64,000 nucleotides of DNA from an uncultured virus (IMG/VR IMGVR_UViG_3300024270_000031) (IMGVR_UViG_3300024270_000031:1-64000), one strand, 5' to 3'; numbered from the stretch's first letter, positions 48,357 to 59,328 are shown. Notes: generated by a model not told the origin, from the letters alone. Translations and numbers: made by a program.

Positions 48357-48887
48357 ATGATTAAACTTTTTATTGAACCTGGCTATGACGTTAAGGCACC
48401 TGTAAGAGACTATGGAAATGCTGGAATTGACTTCTTCATTCCTAATTATAACAAAGCTTTTGCAGAGGCTTTTAATGCTAAGAACAACCCTGACCAGGCA
48501 TATCTGAGTACTGATATTGATGGCGTCGGAATTATTCGTATTATGCCTCATGGACGTGTTAATATTCCTTCTGGTATTCGTAGTTTTATCAGTCCTAACG
48601 TAGCTCTTGAGGCTCAGAATAAATCTGGTATTGCCACCAAGTATGGTCTTGTCTATGGCGCTTCCGTAGTTGATGCAAACTATCAGGGTATTATTCACAT
48701 TAGTCTTATTAACACTACGAGTAAGGTTATTGAGCTTCCTTATGGTATGAAGGCAGTACAATTTCTTCCTAGACTTATCGATATTTCTCCTGTTGAAGTG
48801 TATAATAATATGTCGCTTGATGAGTTCTATAAAGATTTTGAATTTTCCAATCGTGGAGAAGGAGCTTTCGGTTCAACAGGCGTTTAA
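48357..48887 (+). CDS. dut: Trimeric dUTPase
   Basis: AGIDF, KSG, VVDANYQG, RGEGAFGSTG. Confidence 0.92.
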   Translation: MIKLFIEPGYDVKAPVRDYGNAGIDFFIPNYNKAFAEAFNAKNNPDQAYLSTDIDGVGIIRIMPHGRVNIPSGIRSFISPNVALEAQNKSGIATKYGLVYGASVVDANYQGIIHISLINTTSKVIELPYGMKAVQFLPRLIDISPVEVYNNMSLDEFYKDFEFSNRGEGAFGSTGV

Positions 48888-48909
48888 TTGCTATACTTAG
48901 GAGGAACTA

Positions 48910-49587
48910 ATGTCAACTTGTTTTTTGTATGACGTCTGTAATCACAAAGATTGTGATAAGGATTTCTGTTTAAGAAAATATAAAATGGATTCACTTTATT
49001 CTGCAGCTCTTATGACTGAAAGTCAGAAGAAGCATATCACTCTTAGAGTGGATGAGGACGGAACAGATCTTGAGCAGTTCAAGCAGCTTGCAGCTATTGA
49101 GCAGAATATCGTATCATTTATTAACGAAGGTAGAAATTTGTATATTCATTCCGCAAACTGTGGTAATGGAAAATCTTCGTGGAGCCTTAGACTTGCTGAA
49201 GCTTACTTCAATAAGATCTGGGCTCGTACAGAAGTAAAGTGTAGAGTACTTTTTATAAGTGTTCCCAGATTTTTACTTGCTCTCAAAGATGATATTACTA
49301 CCAAAAATGCTTATGTTGCCTATATCAAAGAAAATGTTCTTGAGGCTGACTTGGTAATTTGGGATGATATTGCTGCTAAGATGGGTTCAGAATTTGAGCT
49401 AACTCATCTACTTAATATTATTGATAACAGACTTGCTCTTGGTAAGTCTAATATCTATACATCTAATCTTAACCGTCAGCAGCTTTATACAGCTCTCGGT
49501 GAGAGACTTACTAGTAGAATTGCAAACATGTCAGTTGACGTAGAGCTGCGTGGAGCAGATAAAAGAATTTTGAAGTTAGGAGAATAA
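48910..49587 (+). CDS. DnaC/IstB-like helicase loader ATPase
   Basis: GNGKS, LVIWDDI, TSNL, RLTSRI. Confidence 0.85.
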   Translation: MSTCFLYDVCNHKDCDKDFCLRKYKMDSLYSAALMTESQKKHITLRVDEDGTDLEQFKQLAAIEQNIVSFINEGRNLYIHSANCGNGKSSWSLRLAEAYFNKIWARTEVKCRVLFISVPRFLLALKDDITTKNAYVAYIKENVLEADLVIWDDIAAKMGSEFELTHLLNIIDNRLALGKSNIYTSNLNRQQLYTALGERLTSRIANMSVDVELRGADKRILKLGE

Positions 49588-49593
49588 ATATAA

Positions 49594-50910
49594 ATGATTG
49601 CACAGTTTCAGATTATTAATAAAGTTCTTCAAAACAAGGACTATTCTTTTATCACTCTAAATAACCTTACTGCTGAACATTTCTATGGTTATCAAGCAGA
49701 GTATGAGTTTATTAAGGCTCACTACAATACTTATCACACTGTTCCCGACCGCCTTACTTTCGTTCAGCACTTTCCTGAGTTCGTTATTCAGGACGTAAAT
49801 GAGCCTGATAATTATTTGATTGAGCAGCTTTATAATGACTACAACCAGAGTTATCTTGCTACTCGTCTTAATAATCTTAAGAAGCTTTTGGAAGCTGATG
49901 ATACTGCTGGAGCAATGCAGTACTTTAAGGATTCCCTTGAGAAGCTTCACACTGGCTCAGCACTTCAGTGCACCGATATTATGTCAGATACTTCAAGATA
50001 TGATCGTTATCTTGATATGATTGCAAATCAGTCTAAATACTTTATTTCTACTGGCTTCCCTGAGCTTGATAAGATTATTACAGGTATCGACCGTAGAAAT
50101 GAGAATATGGTTATTGCAGCTCGTTCAGGTGTAGGTAAGTCTTGGGTTATGTTGTTGATTGCCGCAGCAGCTGCCAAGCAGGGCCTTACAGTTGGTATTT
50201 ATTCAGGTGAGATGTCAGTAGACAAGGTAGCTTATCGTCTTGATACTCTTCTTGGTAAGATTGATAACAAGAAGATTTCCCGTGGTGACCTTTACTACAA
50301 GGACCATTATAAGAATTATTTGGACAGTCTTAAATGTTCTGGCTATGGACCGATTAAGGTACTTACGCCAAATGATATTGCAGGTCCCGCAACTGTAGAT
50401 GCTCTTCAGGCATTTATTGAGAAAGAAAATCTTGATATTCTGTTTGTAGACCAGTATTCACTTTTGGAAGATAATAGTAGAGCCAAGGTAGCTCATGAAA
50501 AGGTTGCTAATATCTCCAAATCTATTAAGAACCTGCAGGTACTCAAGCAAATCCCGATTATTGCAGTATCTCAGATGAACAGAACTAAGAATGAAGATAA
50601 GTCTCAGGATACTACTCAGATTGCACTTTCTGACCGTATTGGACAGGATGCTACTGTTATTCTGATGCTTGATAAGCAGGATGCTGAAGACCCTAATCAT
50701 CCTGGAGCTCATAAGGTAACAGTTAATATTGTAAAGTCTAGAGATGGTGGCGACGGTAGAAAGCTCGACTACTTGTGGAACTTCAACACAGGTGATTATC
50801 GTTATATTTCAAACGGTAATGATGGAGTAACCTCAGAAGAAGACTTTGAAGAGATTGAAAACAGCTACAGTGCAGATTATCCCGTAACTGATGATGAATG
50901 CCCGTTTTAA
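49594..50910 (+). CDS. dnaB: Replicative DnaB-like helicase
   Basis: ARSGVGKS, SGEM, FVDQY, VSQMNR, IGQDA, KSRDG. Confidence 0.92.
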   Translation: MIAQFQIINKVLQNKDYSFITLNNLTAEHFYGYQAEYEFIKAHYNTYHTVPDRLTFVQHFPEFVIQDVNEPDNYLIEQLYNDYNQSYLATRLNNLKKLLEADDTAGAMQYFKDSLEKLHTGSALQCTDIMSDTSRYDRYLDMIANQSKYFISTGFPELDKIITGIDRRNENMVIAARSGVGKSWVMLLIAAAAAKQGLTVGIYSGEMSVDKVAYRLDTLLGKIDNKKISRGDLYYKDHYKNYLDSLKCSGYGPIKVLTPNDIAGPATVDALQAFIEKENLDILFVDQYSLLEDNSRAKVAHEKVANISKSIKNLQVLKQIPIIAVSQMNRTKNEDKSQDTTQIALSDRIGQDATVILMLDKQDAEDPNHPGAHKVTVNIVKSRDGGDGRKLDYLWNFNTGDYRYISNGNDGVTSEEDFEEIENSYSADYPVTDDECPF

Positions 50911-50920
50911 GGAGTAGATT

Positions 50921-51892
50921 ATGCCAGTACTTAGAGTTGATAATTATATAATTGAAACGCCTCTTTATGAGATAGTATGTCAACTCAAGATGGCGTTAAC
51001 AAATGGTAAACTAAGAGAAATAAAGTCTTGGAGCGAAGGTGATGACAATATCGTTGTCACCTGCCCCAACCGACATCATAAGAACGGTCGTGAAGCACAT
51101 GCGGCAATGAATATCTATGTTGGAAATAGCTCAAAGATTCCGTATGGATATTGCAAATGCTGGTCCTGTGACTTCCAGTGCAGTTTTGTTAGGTTTGTTG
51201 CTGAGTGTTTTGAGTGCTCGGAAGAATTTGCTAAGAATTGGCTTAAGGACAAATATGGCAAGATTTCAAGCTCAGGCATTGTTTTGTGTGACGATATTGT
51301 TATAAAGCAAAATAAAATGCCTGTCCGTATGCCAGCAAGTTACTTAGATACTTTTCAGGACTGGCACCCGTATCTAGCTCAAAGAAAGCTTTCAAGAGAA
51401 GTTTGTGAGCTTTTCAAAGTAAAATATGACCCGCAAACAAGTCAGATAGTTTTTCCGTGTTTTGATATTGCTGGAAAAATTATTATGGCTCCGAGAAGGT
51501 CTATTTATAACAAAACTTTCTATATTAATAAAGATCAAGATAAGCCTGTTTATTGTCTTGACTATATCATAAAAAATAATATTTCAACTGCAATGATTTG
51601 TGAAGGCCCAATTGACGTGCTTACTTGCTACACCTACGGGTATCCTGCAATTGGTACCTGGGGTAATCCTTCGCCTTCACAGATAGACGCTATTAATAAA
51701 TCACCTATTAAGGTCCTCTATATTGCTATGGATAATGACTGGGCAGGACAAAGAATGGCTAATGTTATCAAAGCTGGCCTTGACCCAAGAATTATCATAA
51801 AAGAAGTTCATTGGCTTCCAAATAAAAAAGACCCAAATGAACATTCATATGACGAATTCCAAAAAGTTATGAATGAGGCTAAAAATTCATAA
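50921..51892 (+). CDS. dnaG: DNA primase (Zn finger + TOPRIM)
   Basis: CPxxxH...CWSC, CEGPID, MDNDWAG, KDPNE. Confidence 0.88.
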   Translation: MPVLRVDNYIIETPLYEIVCQLKMALTNGKLREIKSWSEGDDNIVVTCPNRHHKNGREAHAAMNIYVGNSSKIPYGYCKCWSCDFQCSFVRFVAECFECSEEFAKNWLKDKYGKISSSGIVLCDDIVIKQNKMPVRMPASYLDTFQDWHPYLAQRKLSREVCELFKVKYDPQTSQIVFPCFDIAGKIIMAPRRSIYNKTFYINKDQDKPVYCLDYIIKNNISTAMICEGPIDVLTCYTYGYPAIGTWGNPSPSQIDAINKSPIKVLYIAMDNDWAGQRMANVIKAGLDPRIIIKEVHWLPNKKDPNEHSYDEFQKVMNEAKNS

Positions 51893-51983
51893 ATCACATT
51901 GTATTATATAATATCGGCTGACATCCGATAAATATAAAAAATAAATAAAAAATACTAAACAATACCAAAGGAGAAAATTAAAA

Positions 51984-52892
51984 ATGTCAAGTACTTTCAA
52001 TTTCGCACAGTATCAGCAGATCGCAGCTCAGGAGCAGACCCAGTCCGGTGACGGCACTAAGATTGGTTACTTCAAGCTCAAGGATGATGGCGACATCGCT
52101 ATCGCTCGTATCAACCTCGGTTCTACCGATGAGTTTATGTTCGCAGCAGTTCATACACTTCAGGTCGGTGGTAAGTGGATGAAGGTAAGCTGCCACAATC
52201 CTCTCGGCATGAATGCAGCCGGCTGTCCTCTTTGCTCTGCAAATCAGGCAAATCCTAAGGGCTCTATCGGTAAGTCTGCTAAGAAGATGTTTATTCCTAT
52301 GCTTGTTTCTTATCGCGATCCTCAGTCCGCAACCGGTTACACTCCTGTTACTCCCGTTATTTGGGACCGTCCTGCTCAGTTCTCTCGTGAACTTGCAAAT
52401 AAGCTTATGGTAGCAGGTAATCTTAAGGATGTTCTTGTTCTTATTACTCGTAACGGTAAGGCTGGCGACATGCAGACTACTTACTCTGTAGACGTTCTTC
52501 CTGCAACTCATCCTGTATTTAAGCCTGAGATGATTCCCGCTGACTTCAGTGCTTTCAATAACTTTAATATCGCTAAGCATTCTTATTGGGAGAAGTCTGT
52601 TGAGGAAATTAACACCTTCCTTGCTACCGGTCAGTTCCCTGAGGTTGCTAAGGCAAACAATCAGCAGACTGTAAATACTGTGGCAAATACTGCTACCGCT
52701 TATGCAGCTCCTGCTACTCCTGCTTATACGGCACCTGCTCAGGCAGCTCCCGCTCAGACAGTTCCTGCTTACACTGCTCCTGCCACACCTCAGTATACTG
52801 CCCCTGATGCTCCCATGAATACTCCCGCAACAGCAGCACCTGCTAACGCAGCAACGACTCCTGTAAGAAACTTCTCTGGCTTCAGCTTCTAA
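51984..52892 (+). CDS. Single-stranded DNA-binding protein (gp32-like)
   Basis: FKLKDDGD, H...C...CPLC, ITRNGKAG..TTY; low-complexity A/P/T tail; position in replication cluster. Confidence 0.7.
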   Translation: MSSTFNFAQYQQIAAQEQTQSGDGTKIGYFKLKDDGDIAIARINLGSTDEFMFAAVHTLQVGGKWMKVSCHNPLGMNAAGCPLCSANQANPKGSIGKSAKKMFIPMLVSYRDPQSATGYTPVTPVIWDRPAQFSRELANKLMVAGNLKDVLVLITRNGKAGDMQTTYSVDVLPATHPVFKPEMIPADFSAFNNFNIAKHSYWEKSVEEINTFLATGQFPEVAKANNQQTVNTVANTATAYAAPATPAYTAPAQAAPAQTVPAYTAPATPQYTAPDAPMNTPATAAPANAATTPVRNFSGFSF

Positions 52893-52982
52893 TAATTAAA
52901 ACAAATTTAAAAGACGGGTCTGAAAATGGTCCGTCTTTTATTGTATTATATTATATGAAATATATTTTAAGCGAGGTTATAC

Positions 52983-54851
52983 ATGAATAGTTTATTTGGT
53001 GGCTTTGACTTATCTGTTAGTGCAAAGCCAAAAGTATCACCTGAAGCTCTTATTAAAAAAGCAACACCAACTGTTGTGGCAGAGCCTAAGAAGATAACTA
53101 ACCAGAGCTTATTTGCCTCTGAAGAATTATCTGAATTTAATGTAGAACTTAATAAGCCTAAGCCTGAAGCCTTGGCTCGTAAGATTGCTAATACCGAAGA
53201 AGGCGAAGTAGACGCAGCTAAGGTACTTAAGTCTAAGAAGGTCTCTCTTGCTGAAAAGCTCGCCTTAATTAAAATTAAGGTACTTGAAGTACTCGGCAAG
53301 CAGAAAAAGAACGTTATTGTTATTAAGGACAAGGCGACTTTTGAAGACTATATTTCTAAGGCTATCGAGTTCGGTCGAATTGCAATAGATACTGAGACCA
53401 ATAACTCTACTGACCCCATGACTTGTCAGTTAATGGGTCTTTGTTTGTATTATGAGGGCGGCAAGCAGGCTTATATTCCTATCAATCATGTTAATCCTGA
53501 AACGGGCGAACATCTTGACTGGCAGCTTACTGAGGCAGACTGCAGAGAGCAGCTTCAGAGAATTAAAGATGCCGGCACTTTTGTTGTAATGCATAATGGT
53601 AAGTTCGATTATGAAGTTATTAAGTGTACTTGTGGTATTGAAATTGAGCCTGACTGGGATACTATGATTGGCGCCCATACTATCAATGAAAACGAAAAGA
53701 TGAGCTTGAAGTGGCAGTACATTAATAAGATTGACCCTACTCAGGAAAAGTATGATATCGAAAGCTTGTTCATCGTTCCTTATAAGTATGTAGAACCAGA
53801 TATTTTCGCTCTCTACGCCGCAACTGACTCAATGATGACTGATAAACTTTATGTATATCAGGTAGCTATTTTAGAAGCACCTGGCAACGAAAGACTTTAT
53901 TGGATGTTTAAGACTATCGAAATGCCGATTGTAAAAGTTGCAGGCGATATGGAGCTTATTGGTGTTTGTATTGACCAGGAATTTGGCGAAAGACTTCGTC
54001 TTAAGTTTAATCAAAATTTGGAAGATATTGACGTAAGAATTGAGCAAGAACTTGAGGCTCTCAAGCCTACTATTACAAAGTGGAAGAGCAGCAAGGATGC
54101 TACTGATAGAACTAAGCAGTTTGAACCTAAGAAGACAACTCTCTCACTTGCGAAACTTGAAGAGAAGTATCCTTATGTAGACGAAAAGACAGGTAAGAGA
54201 TATAAGGTAGGCAAGTCTAAGATTGAGCAGCTTGCCGATCCTATCAACCTTGCATCGCCTACCCAGCTTGCTATCCTATTTTATGATATTCTGAAGTGTC
54301 CTACGGTAAGCAAAAAATCGCCCAGAGGAACCGGAAAAGATGAGCTTGAGGCTTTAGCTGAGAGAACTGATATCGCGCTCTGTAAGCTAATTTTGGAGCG
54401 TCGTGGCGTGGTTAAACTTATCTCTACTTATATTGACGTTCTGCCTGCTCTTGCACGCCATTGGCCTGATGGACGTATTCGTTATAAGCTTAATTCTGTT
54501 GGTACTGACACAGGCCGTTTCTCTTCTGGTGGTGAATTTAAGTTCCTTGACGGTGATGAGCCTGTGGAAATTTCTGGATTTAACAGTCAGAATATTCCTT
54601 CAAGAGGTGACGGTAAAATTACTCGACTTCTGTTTGAAGCTAAGAAAGAATTTGCTGATATTGAAGTTGAGGTAGACCGTTTTACAGTACATGAAACAGC
54701 AGAGATTGAAACTGTTGACGGTTGGAAATATGGTAAAGACCTTGTAGCACTCAAAGACTATGTACTTACTGATGTAGGACCTGTTCTTATTGAAATGGTT
54801 AATTACAATGTTTTAAAGAAAGAATACGAATTTATTGTGAGGAAGCATTAA
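52983..54851 (+). CDS. polA: Family A DNA polymerase, N-terminal part (3'-5' exonuclease + thumb)
   Basis: IDTET, HNGKFD, YAATD, TGRFSS, NSQNIP. Confidence 0.9.
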   Translation: MNSLFGGFDLSVSAKPKVSPEALIKKATPTVVAEPKKITNQSLFASEELSEFNVELNKPKPEALARKIANTEEGEVDAAKVLKSKKVSLAEKLALIKIKVLEVLGKQKKNVIVIKDKATFEDYISKAIEFGRIAIDTETNNSTDPMTCQLMGLCLYYEGGKQAYIPINHVNPETGEHLDWQLTEADCREQLQRIKDAGTFVVMHNGKFDYEVIKCTCGIEIEPDWDTMIGAHTINENEKMSLKWQYINKIDPTQEKYDIESLFIVPYKYVEPDIFALYAATDSMMTDKLYVYQVAILEAPGNERLYWMFKTIEMPIVKVAGDMELIGVCIDQEFGERLRLKFNQNLEDIDVRIEQELEALKPTITKWKSSKDATDRTKQFEPKKTTLSLAKLEEKYPYVDEKTGKRYKVGKSKIEQLADPINLASPTQLAILFYDILKCPTVSKKSPRGTGKDELEALAERTDIALCKLILERRGVVKLISTYIDVLPALARHWPDGRIRYKLNSVGTDTGRFSSGGEFKFLDGDEPVEISGFNSQNIPSRGDGKITRLLFEAKKEFADIEVEVDRFTVHETAEIETVDGWKYGKDLVALKDYVLTDVGPVLIEMVNYNVLKKEYEFIVRKH

Positions 54852-56002
54852 TGAAAGTAAAAACAAGAACTCAATATAAACTCGTCGGGTCGGACTATAG
54901 TGCGCAAGAACCCCGTATAACAACCTTCCTTAGTGGTGACCCCGCAATGAGAGCAGCTTATCTTGAAGGTAAGGACCTCTATTGCGTTATTGCTTCTAAT
55001 ATTTATAATAACAAGTATGAGGATAATCTTGAGCATTATCCTGAAGGCACCGTTCTCGAGCTTGACGGAAATAAGACCGTATGCGGTTATAAGACTCACT
55101 TGAACAAAGAAGGTAAGGAAAGACGTTCTGTAGCGAAGATGGTACTTCTCGCCCTTACTTACGGAATGGGTCCGTCGACACTTGCAAAACGTATTAATAA
55201 AACAAATCAGGAAGCACAAGAGATTTTTGATAACTTCTTCAAGAGCTTCCCGAAAGTTGAAGAGCTTATTAATAGCTCGAAAGAATTCTTGAGAACTCAC
55301 GGTTATGTAGAAGATTGGGCCGGCAGAAGACGTCATTTGACTGACTACTTCCTTAATCCTTATGAAGCTTCTTATATGGATCCTGACAAACTGATTGCTC
55401 AGACTTTTAATCCTATTCTTGGTTGTGAAAGCCGCCCACTTGTAGATGATAAGCTCACTTCTTGGATAAATAGAGCTAAGACAACTAAGAATAATAAAGA
55501 ATTTGATGAGCTTGCTAAGCTGGCTGCAAAAGAAGGAATTATTCTGTCTGCCAATACCGGTAGAATTGCTCAGGCAGAAAGACAGTGCCTTAATGCAAGA
55601 ATTCAGGGATCTGCAGCTTCACTTACTAAGCTTGCAATGATTCAGATTCATAATAGTCAGGAACTTAAAGATATTGATGCAAAGCTTGTTATGACTATTC
55701 ACGATGAAGTTATGTTGGAGTGCCCTGCCTTGTATGCAGAACAGGCTTCTGAAATTCTTCCTAGAATTATGATTGATGCTGCTGCCCCTTATATTGATGT
55801 GCCTATGAAATGTGACCCTGCCATTGAGTCTCGTTGGTATACTTCTGAGTATGCTGTAGCAGTTCAGTCTGAGTTTAAGAAGCTAACTGATAAAGGGCTT
55901 GGTAGAGATGAAGCATTTAAGAAGCTTTATGCAAAGCACCCTGAGCTTCCTGAAGAAGCTATTTATAAAACTATCACTGAAGGCATTGATCTTGAGTTTT
56001 AA
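54851..56002 (+). CDS. polA: Family A DNA polymerase, C-terminal catalytic part
   Basis: Motif A DYSAQEPR, motif B RSVAKMVLLALTYG, motif C IHDE. Confidence 0.92.
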   Translation: MKVKTRTQYKLVGSDYSAQEPRITTFLSGDPAMRAAYLEGKDLYCVIASNIYNNKYEDNLEHYPEGTVLELDGNKTVCGYKTHLNKEGKERRSVAKMVLLALTYGMGPSTLAKRINKTNQEAQEIFDNFFKSFPKVEELINSSKEFLRTHGYVEDWAGRRRHLTDYFLNPYEASYMDPDKLIAQTFNPILGCESRPLVDDKLTSWINRAKTTKNNKEFDELAKLAAKEGIILSANTGRIAQAERQCLNARIQGSAASLTKLAMIQIHNSQELKDIDAKLVMTIHDEVMLECPALYAEQASEILPRIMIDAAAPYIDVPMKCDPAIESRWYTSEYAVAVQSEFKKLTDKGLGRDEAFKKLYAKHPELPEEAIYKTITEGIDLEF

Positions 56003-56045
56003 TCTGCTAAATTATAATGATTAATATTCAATATTGGAGATTATT

Positions 56046-57110
56046 ATGATTAAAACAGAATTTATGGAGCTTTATGAAGAGCTTAGTGAGATAAACGGAG
56101 ATTCATTATCTATAGAAGGTGTTTCTTCGCCAGAAGAGTTAATGGACTGGATGAATGAAAACATTACTTATGAACTTGTAGATGATGAGTATTCTAACAG
56201 TAACGGAGTTCCTACTAAAACAGCAGAAGAAGTTTTAAAAACTGGCACTGGACATTGCGCTGAACAGTCCTATCTCGAAAAAGAAGTTCTTGAGGACCTT
56301 GGCTATGAGACTTTCTTAGTAATGGTTAAAGAGAATAATTCTAAAAAAGAATACGGTGCTGAGGGTTCTGCTCATGTGTTTTTAGTTTATAAAGAAGGTA
56401 AAAATTACTGCTGGTTTGAGCATTCAATGCAGCATGCCAGAGGTATTCATAAATATACTTCCTTAGAAGCACTTCTTCAGGACGTTGCTAATCAGTGGTG
56501 GCGCTATGATAAAAATTCAGATATTCTTGAAGTAAGAATGATGGATAAAGTTATCACAGGCGTTGATAACTGGGGACTTGCTAAAGAATGTTATAAACTT
56601 CCTGTAAAATATACTTTTGATATTTCTAATAATATTATGGAGTCTGATGTTCCGCTTGAAGAGTCTGTAAATAGCAATTCTCAAATTGATTATCTTCCGG
56701 TTTCAGATATAGAGCTTTTTAAAGAATATGCTGACGATATCTTAGACGGATATGGAAATATGTCTGATGCAGATATTAAAAGCTCTATTAAAGAAATTCA
56801 TTCTGAAGGAAAGCTTGCTGGCTATATCGGTTTTTCTGAATATGAGGAAAACGGAAGTAAGTGTCTCGGCATCGGCAATTTTATGATTATCGAGCGCGGT
56901 AAAGGTCTTGGCTCAGCAGTAATTCAAAATATTGTAGAAAAGTACAAAAATCAATATGACCTTATTTATTGCTTTGTAGATGCTAAAAATGACGGTGCTA
57001 TCAGACTTTACAAAAAACTTGGAAAAGTTTATGACGAAGACGGCCCGAATGACAACGGTGAGTACTACGTAACTTTCTGGGACAATGGTAAATGGGAACT
57101 TGACAATTAA
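56046..57110 (+). CDS. Transglutaminase-like + GNAT acetyltransferase fusion
   Basis: GHCAEQS...AHVFL...WFE; C-terminal RGKGLGS...NDGAIRLYKKLG. Confidence 0.7.
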   Translation: MIKTEFMELYEELSEINGDSLSIEGVSSPEELMDWMNENITYELVDDEYSNSNGVPTKTAEEVLKTGTGHCAEQSYLEKEVLEDLGYETFLVMVKENNSKKEYGAEGSAHVFLVYKEGKNYCWFEHSMQHARGIHKYTSLEALLQDVANQWWRYDKNSDILEVRMMDKVITGVDNWGLAKECYKLPVKYTFDISNNIMESDVPLEESVNSNSQIDYLPVSDIELFKEYADDILDGYGNMSDADIKSSIKEIHSEGKLAGYIGFSEYEENGSKCLGIGNFMIIERGKGLGSAVIQNIVEKYKNQYDLIYCFVDAKNDGAIRLYKKLGKVYDEDGPNDNGEYYVTFWDNGKWELDN

Positions 57111-57200
57111 ATAAACCTTTTTTAAAGACGAGTTAATAAAATAGCTCGTCTTTTATTGTATTATATAGTATGTAAAAATAAAATAAGGAGAAACTATAAA

Positions 57201-58340
57201 ATGATTTTAAAGACAAAGAATTTCCAGGAAGCAGCTAATAAGATTCTTTTGGCAGTTGGAGTAGATAAGGCAGCAGCAAATCTTGAGCTTGCAGCTAAGG
57301 ATACTGCACTCTATCTTAGAGTTACCAACAGAGAGTGGTATACGGCAATCAAGTTTGACCTTGAGAATCCCACTGAATTCCGTGCAGTAGTAGATGCAAA
57401 CCTCTTCCTTAATCTTATTTCAGGTATCAGCACTGAAGAATTTGAACTTGAGATTAAGGACACTGTTGTTGTAGTAAAGGCAGGCAGAAGCTCTTATAAG
57501 CTCGCTATGATTTATGAAAATGATCAGCTCATGAAGCTTCCTATCATTAAGCTTGACCCTGAGCAGATCACTGTTAGTATGAATATTTCTAATGATATTC
57601 TTATGAGCATCCTCAATGTAAACAGCCGCGAGGTCCAGAAGGCTAAGAAGGTTGAAGTAAACGAGCTTCAGCGTTATTATTACATTGATGAGACTGGTTG
57701 CTTTACTTTTACTACCGGTGCTTGTATCAATGCTTTCACCCTTGAAAAGCCTATCAAGCTTCTTCTTACTGATAAGGTAGTAAAGCTCTTTAAGCTCTTT
57801 GGCTCTGATGCTTTCCTGTCTTACGGCCATATCGTAAACACTGATAGCTCTCTTCAGCCTATCGTTGTCTTCCAGACCGAGGACGTTTACGTAGCAACTA
57901 GACTTCTTAGCGATGAAACTTGTATTCAGAAGGTTAAAGCACCTTGTGATGCAATGAAGGCGCTTGCTAAGGAAGTTTATGAGCACAATCTCGTACTTTC
58001 CGCTACTGACCTTTCTGCAGCAATCAGCAGACTTCTTATGTTCCATAAGAATAGCAGCGCAAAGGCAGACCTTTCTTTCGTTCCTGCTTCTGTAGATTTT
58101 TCTAATACTGAGCTTACTATCTCCGACCTTTCTGGTGATAATAAGGAAGTTATTACTATCGAAAACGGTAGCTCGACTCCCGGCGGTTATTCCATGGGCG
58201 TAAACCTCATTGACCTTAAGGCAGTTCTTGATTCTTGTAAGAATGAACATATTACTGTAAACTGCGGCAACCACAAGTCTATTATTGTCTGCCGTGCTAA
58301 CATTAGTAATGTTATTGCTGAGACGAGGACTAAGGAATAA
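57201..58340 (+). CDS. Sliding clamp (DNA Pol III beta-like)
   Basis: ~380 aa, repeated alpha/beta domains, C-terminal VNLIDLKAVLDSC pattern; DnaX in same module. Confidence 0.65.
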   Translation: MILKTKNFQEAANKILLAVGVDKAAANLELAAKDTALYLRVTNREWYTAIKFDLENPTEFRAVVDANLFLNLISGISTEEFELEIKDTVVVVKAGRSSYKLAMIYENDQLMKLPIIKLDPEQITVSMNISNDILMSILNVNSREVQKAKKVEVNELQRYYYIDETGCFTFTTGACINAFTLEKPIKLLLTDKVVKLFKLFGSDAFLSYGHIVNTDSSLQPIVVFQTEDVYVATRLLSDETCIQKVKAPCDAMKALAKEVYEHNLVLSATDLSAAISRLLMFHKNSSAKADLSFVPASVDFSNTELTISDLSGDNKEVITIENGSSTPGGYSMGVNLIDLKAVLDSCKNEHITVNCGNHKSIIVCRANISNVIAETRTKE

Positions 58341-58834
58341 TGGCAAATACGGATATTGGAAAAAAGTTTGAGGACCGCTTTAAAAAAGACTATCAAAACT
58401 GCTTTCCAGGTACCCTGATCTACCGCCTGCCAGACCAGCAAAGTGGTTATGCAGGCGGAGGCTCTTCCAACCCTTGTGACTTTATGTGTTATCCAGGAAG
58501 TTGTGTTTTAATGGTTGAATGTAAGGCTCATAAAGGCGCTTCTATCAGCTTTAATGATATCAGGCAGTATGATAAGATGCTTGATTTTAAAGGCCTCCAT
58601 AAGACGTTTCCGGGCGTCGTGGTGTGGTTCTATGAGAAGGATATTGTCATCTGGGTGTCTATTGAAGAAATGGAAAAGATGAGGCTTGACGGCGAAAAGA
58701 GTATTGGTCTGAGAATGATTGACGACAAAAAGCCTTATAAAAAATCGTATAATATTATAACGCTTCCTTCAAAGAAACTTAGAACTTTTATGGAAACTGA
58801 TTATAATTATTTAGTGGAGGTTTTGAATGGCTAA
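58340..58834 (+). CDS. RecU-like Holliday junction resolvase
   Basis: GKKFE, PCDF, VECK PD-(D/E)xK pattern. Confidence 0.75.
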   Translation: MANTDIGKKFEDRFKKDYQNCFPGTLIYRLPDQQSGYAGGGSSNPCDFMCYPGSCVLMVECKAHKGASISFNDIRQYDKMLDFKGLHKTFPGVVVWFYEKDIVIWVSIEEMEKMRLDGEKSIGLRMIDDKKPYKKSYNIITLPSKKLRTFMETDYNYLVEVLNG

Positions 58835-59315
58835 AGATTTAAATAAAGCTCTCGAAGCAGTTGAGCTTACTTACGGTCAGATTAAAGAAATTGCTGACAG
58901 TATGCTAGCTGGGCCTTTTGAAGAGCCTAATAGAATTGTAGAAATGATTCAATATAATATTGAGTCTATGTCTATTGAAATGCTTAGAGATTCTATCCTG
59001 AGACTTCAGCTTGCAGTTTATTCTTTGAGTGAGCTTAGAGATAGATCTGGTATTAAAGCAGTTTGTGCTGAAGCAATTAAGAAAGAGGCTTATGCTTCTT
59101 CGTATGTATTGCAGGAAGGAACTGCTGGAGTAAAGGACTCTAACACTACTCTTGCTATTTCAGAAAATATCGTTGCTCAGTGTCTCTATGATCTCGTAGC
59201 AAGTTTGGTTAAAACTAAGGTTGATATGTGCCTCAGGCTTATTGATTCGCTCAAGAGCATTTTGATGAGCCGTATGCAGGAAGCTAAGATTAGTGCCACA
59301 AGTATGGCAGATTAA
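58827..59315 (+). CDS. Helical protein, possible recombination mediator
   Basis: Coiled-coil, directly upstream of recA. Confidence 0.5.
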   Translation: MAKDLNKALEAVELTYGQIKEIADSMLAGPFEEPNRIVEMIQYNIESMSIEMLRDSILRLQLAVYSLSELRDRSGIKAVCAEAIKKEAYASSYVLQEGTAGVKDSNTTLAISENIVAQCLYDLVASLVKTKVDMCLRLIDSLKSILMSRMQEAKISATSMAD

Positions 59316-59328
59316 GAAAGGATAAAAT

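Noticed and set aside
52680..52865. Imperfect GCTCCTGC-type repeats
   Set aside because: Encode the low-complexity A/P/T tail of the SSB; not a separate element
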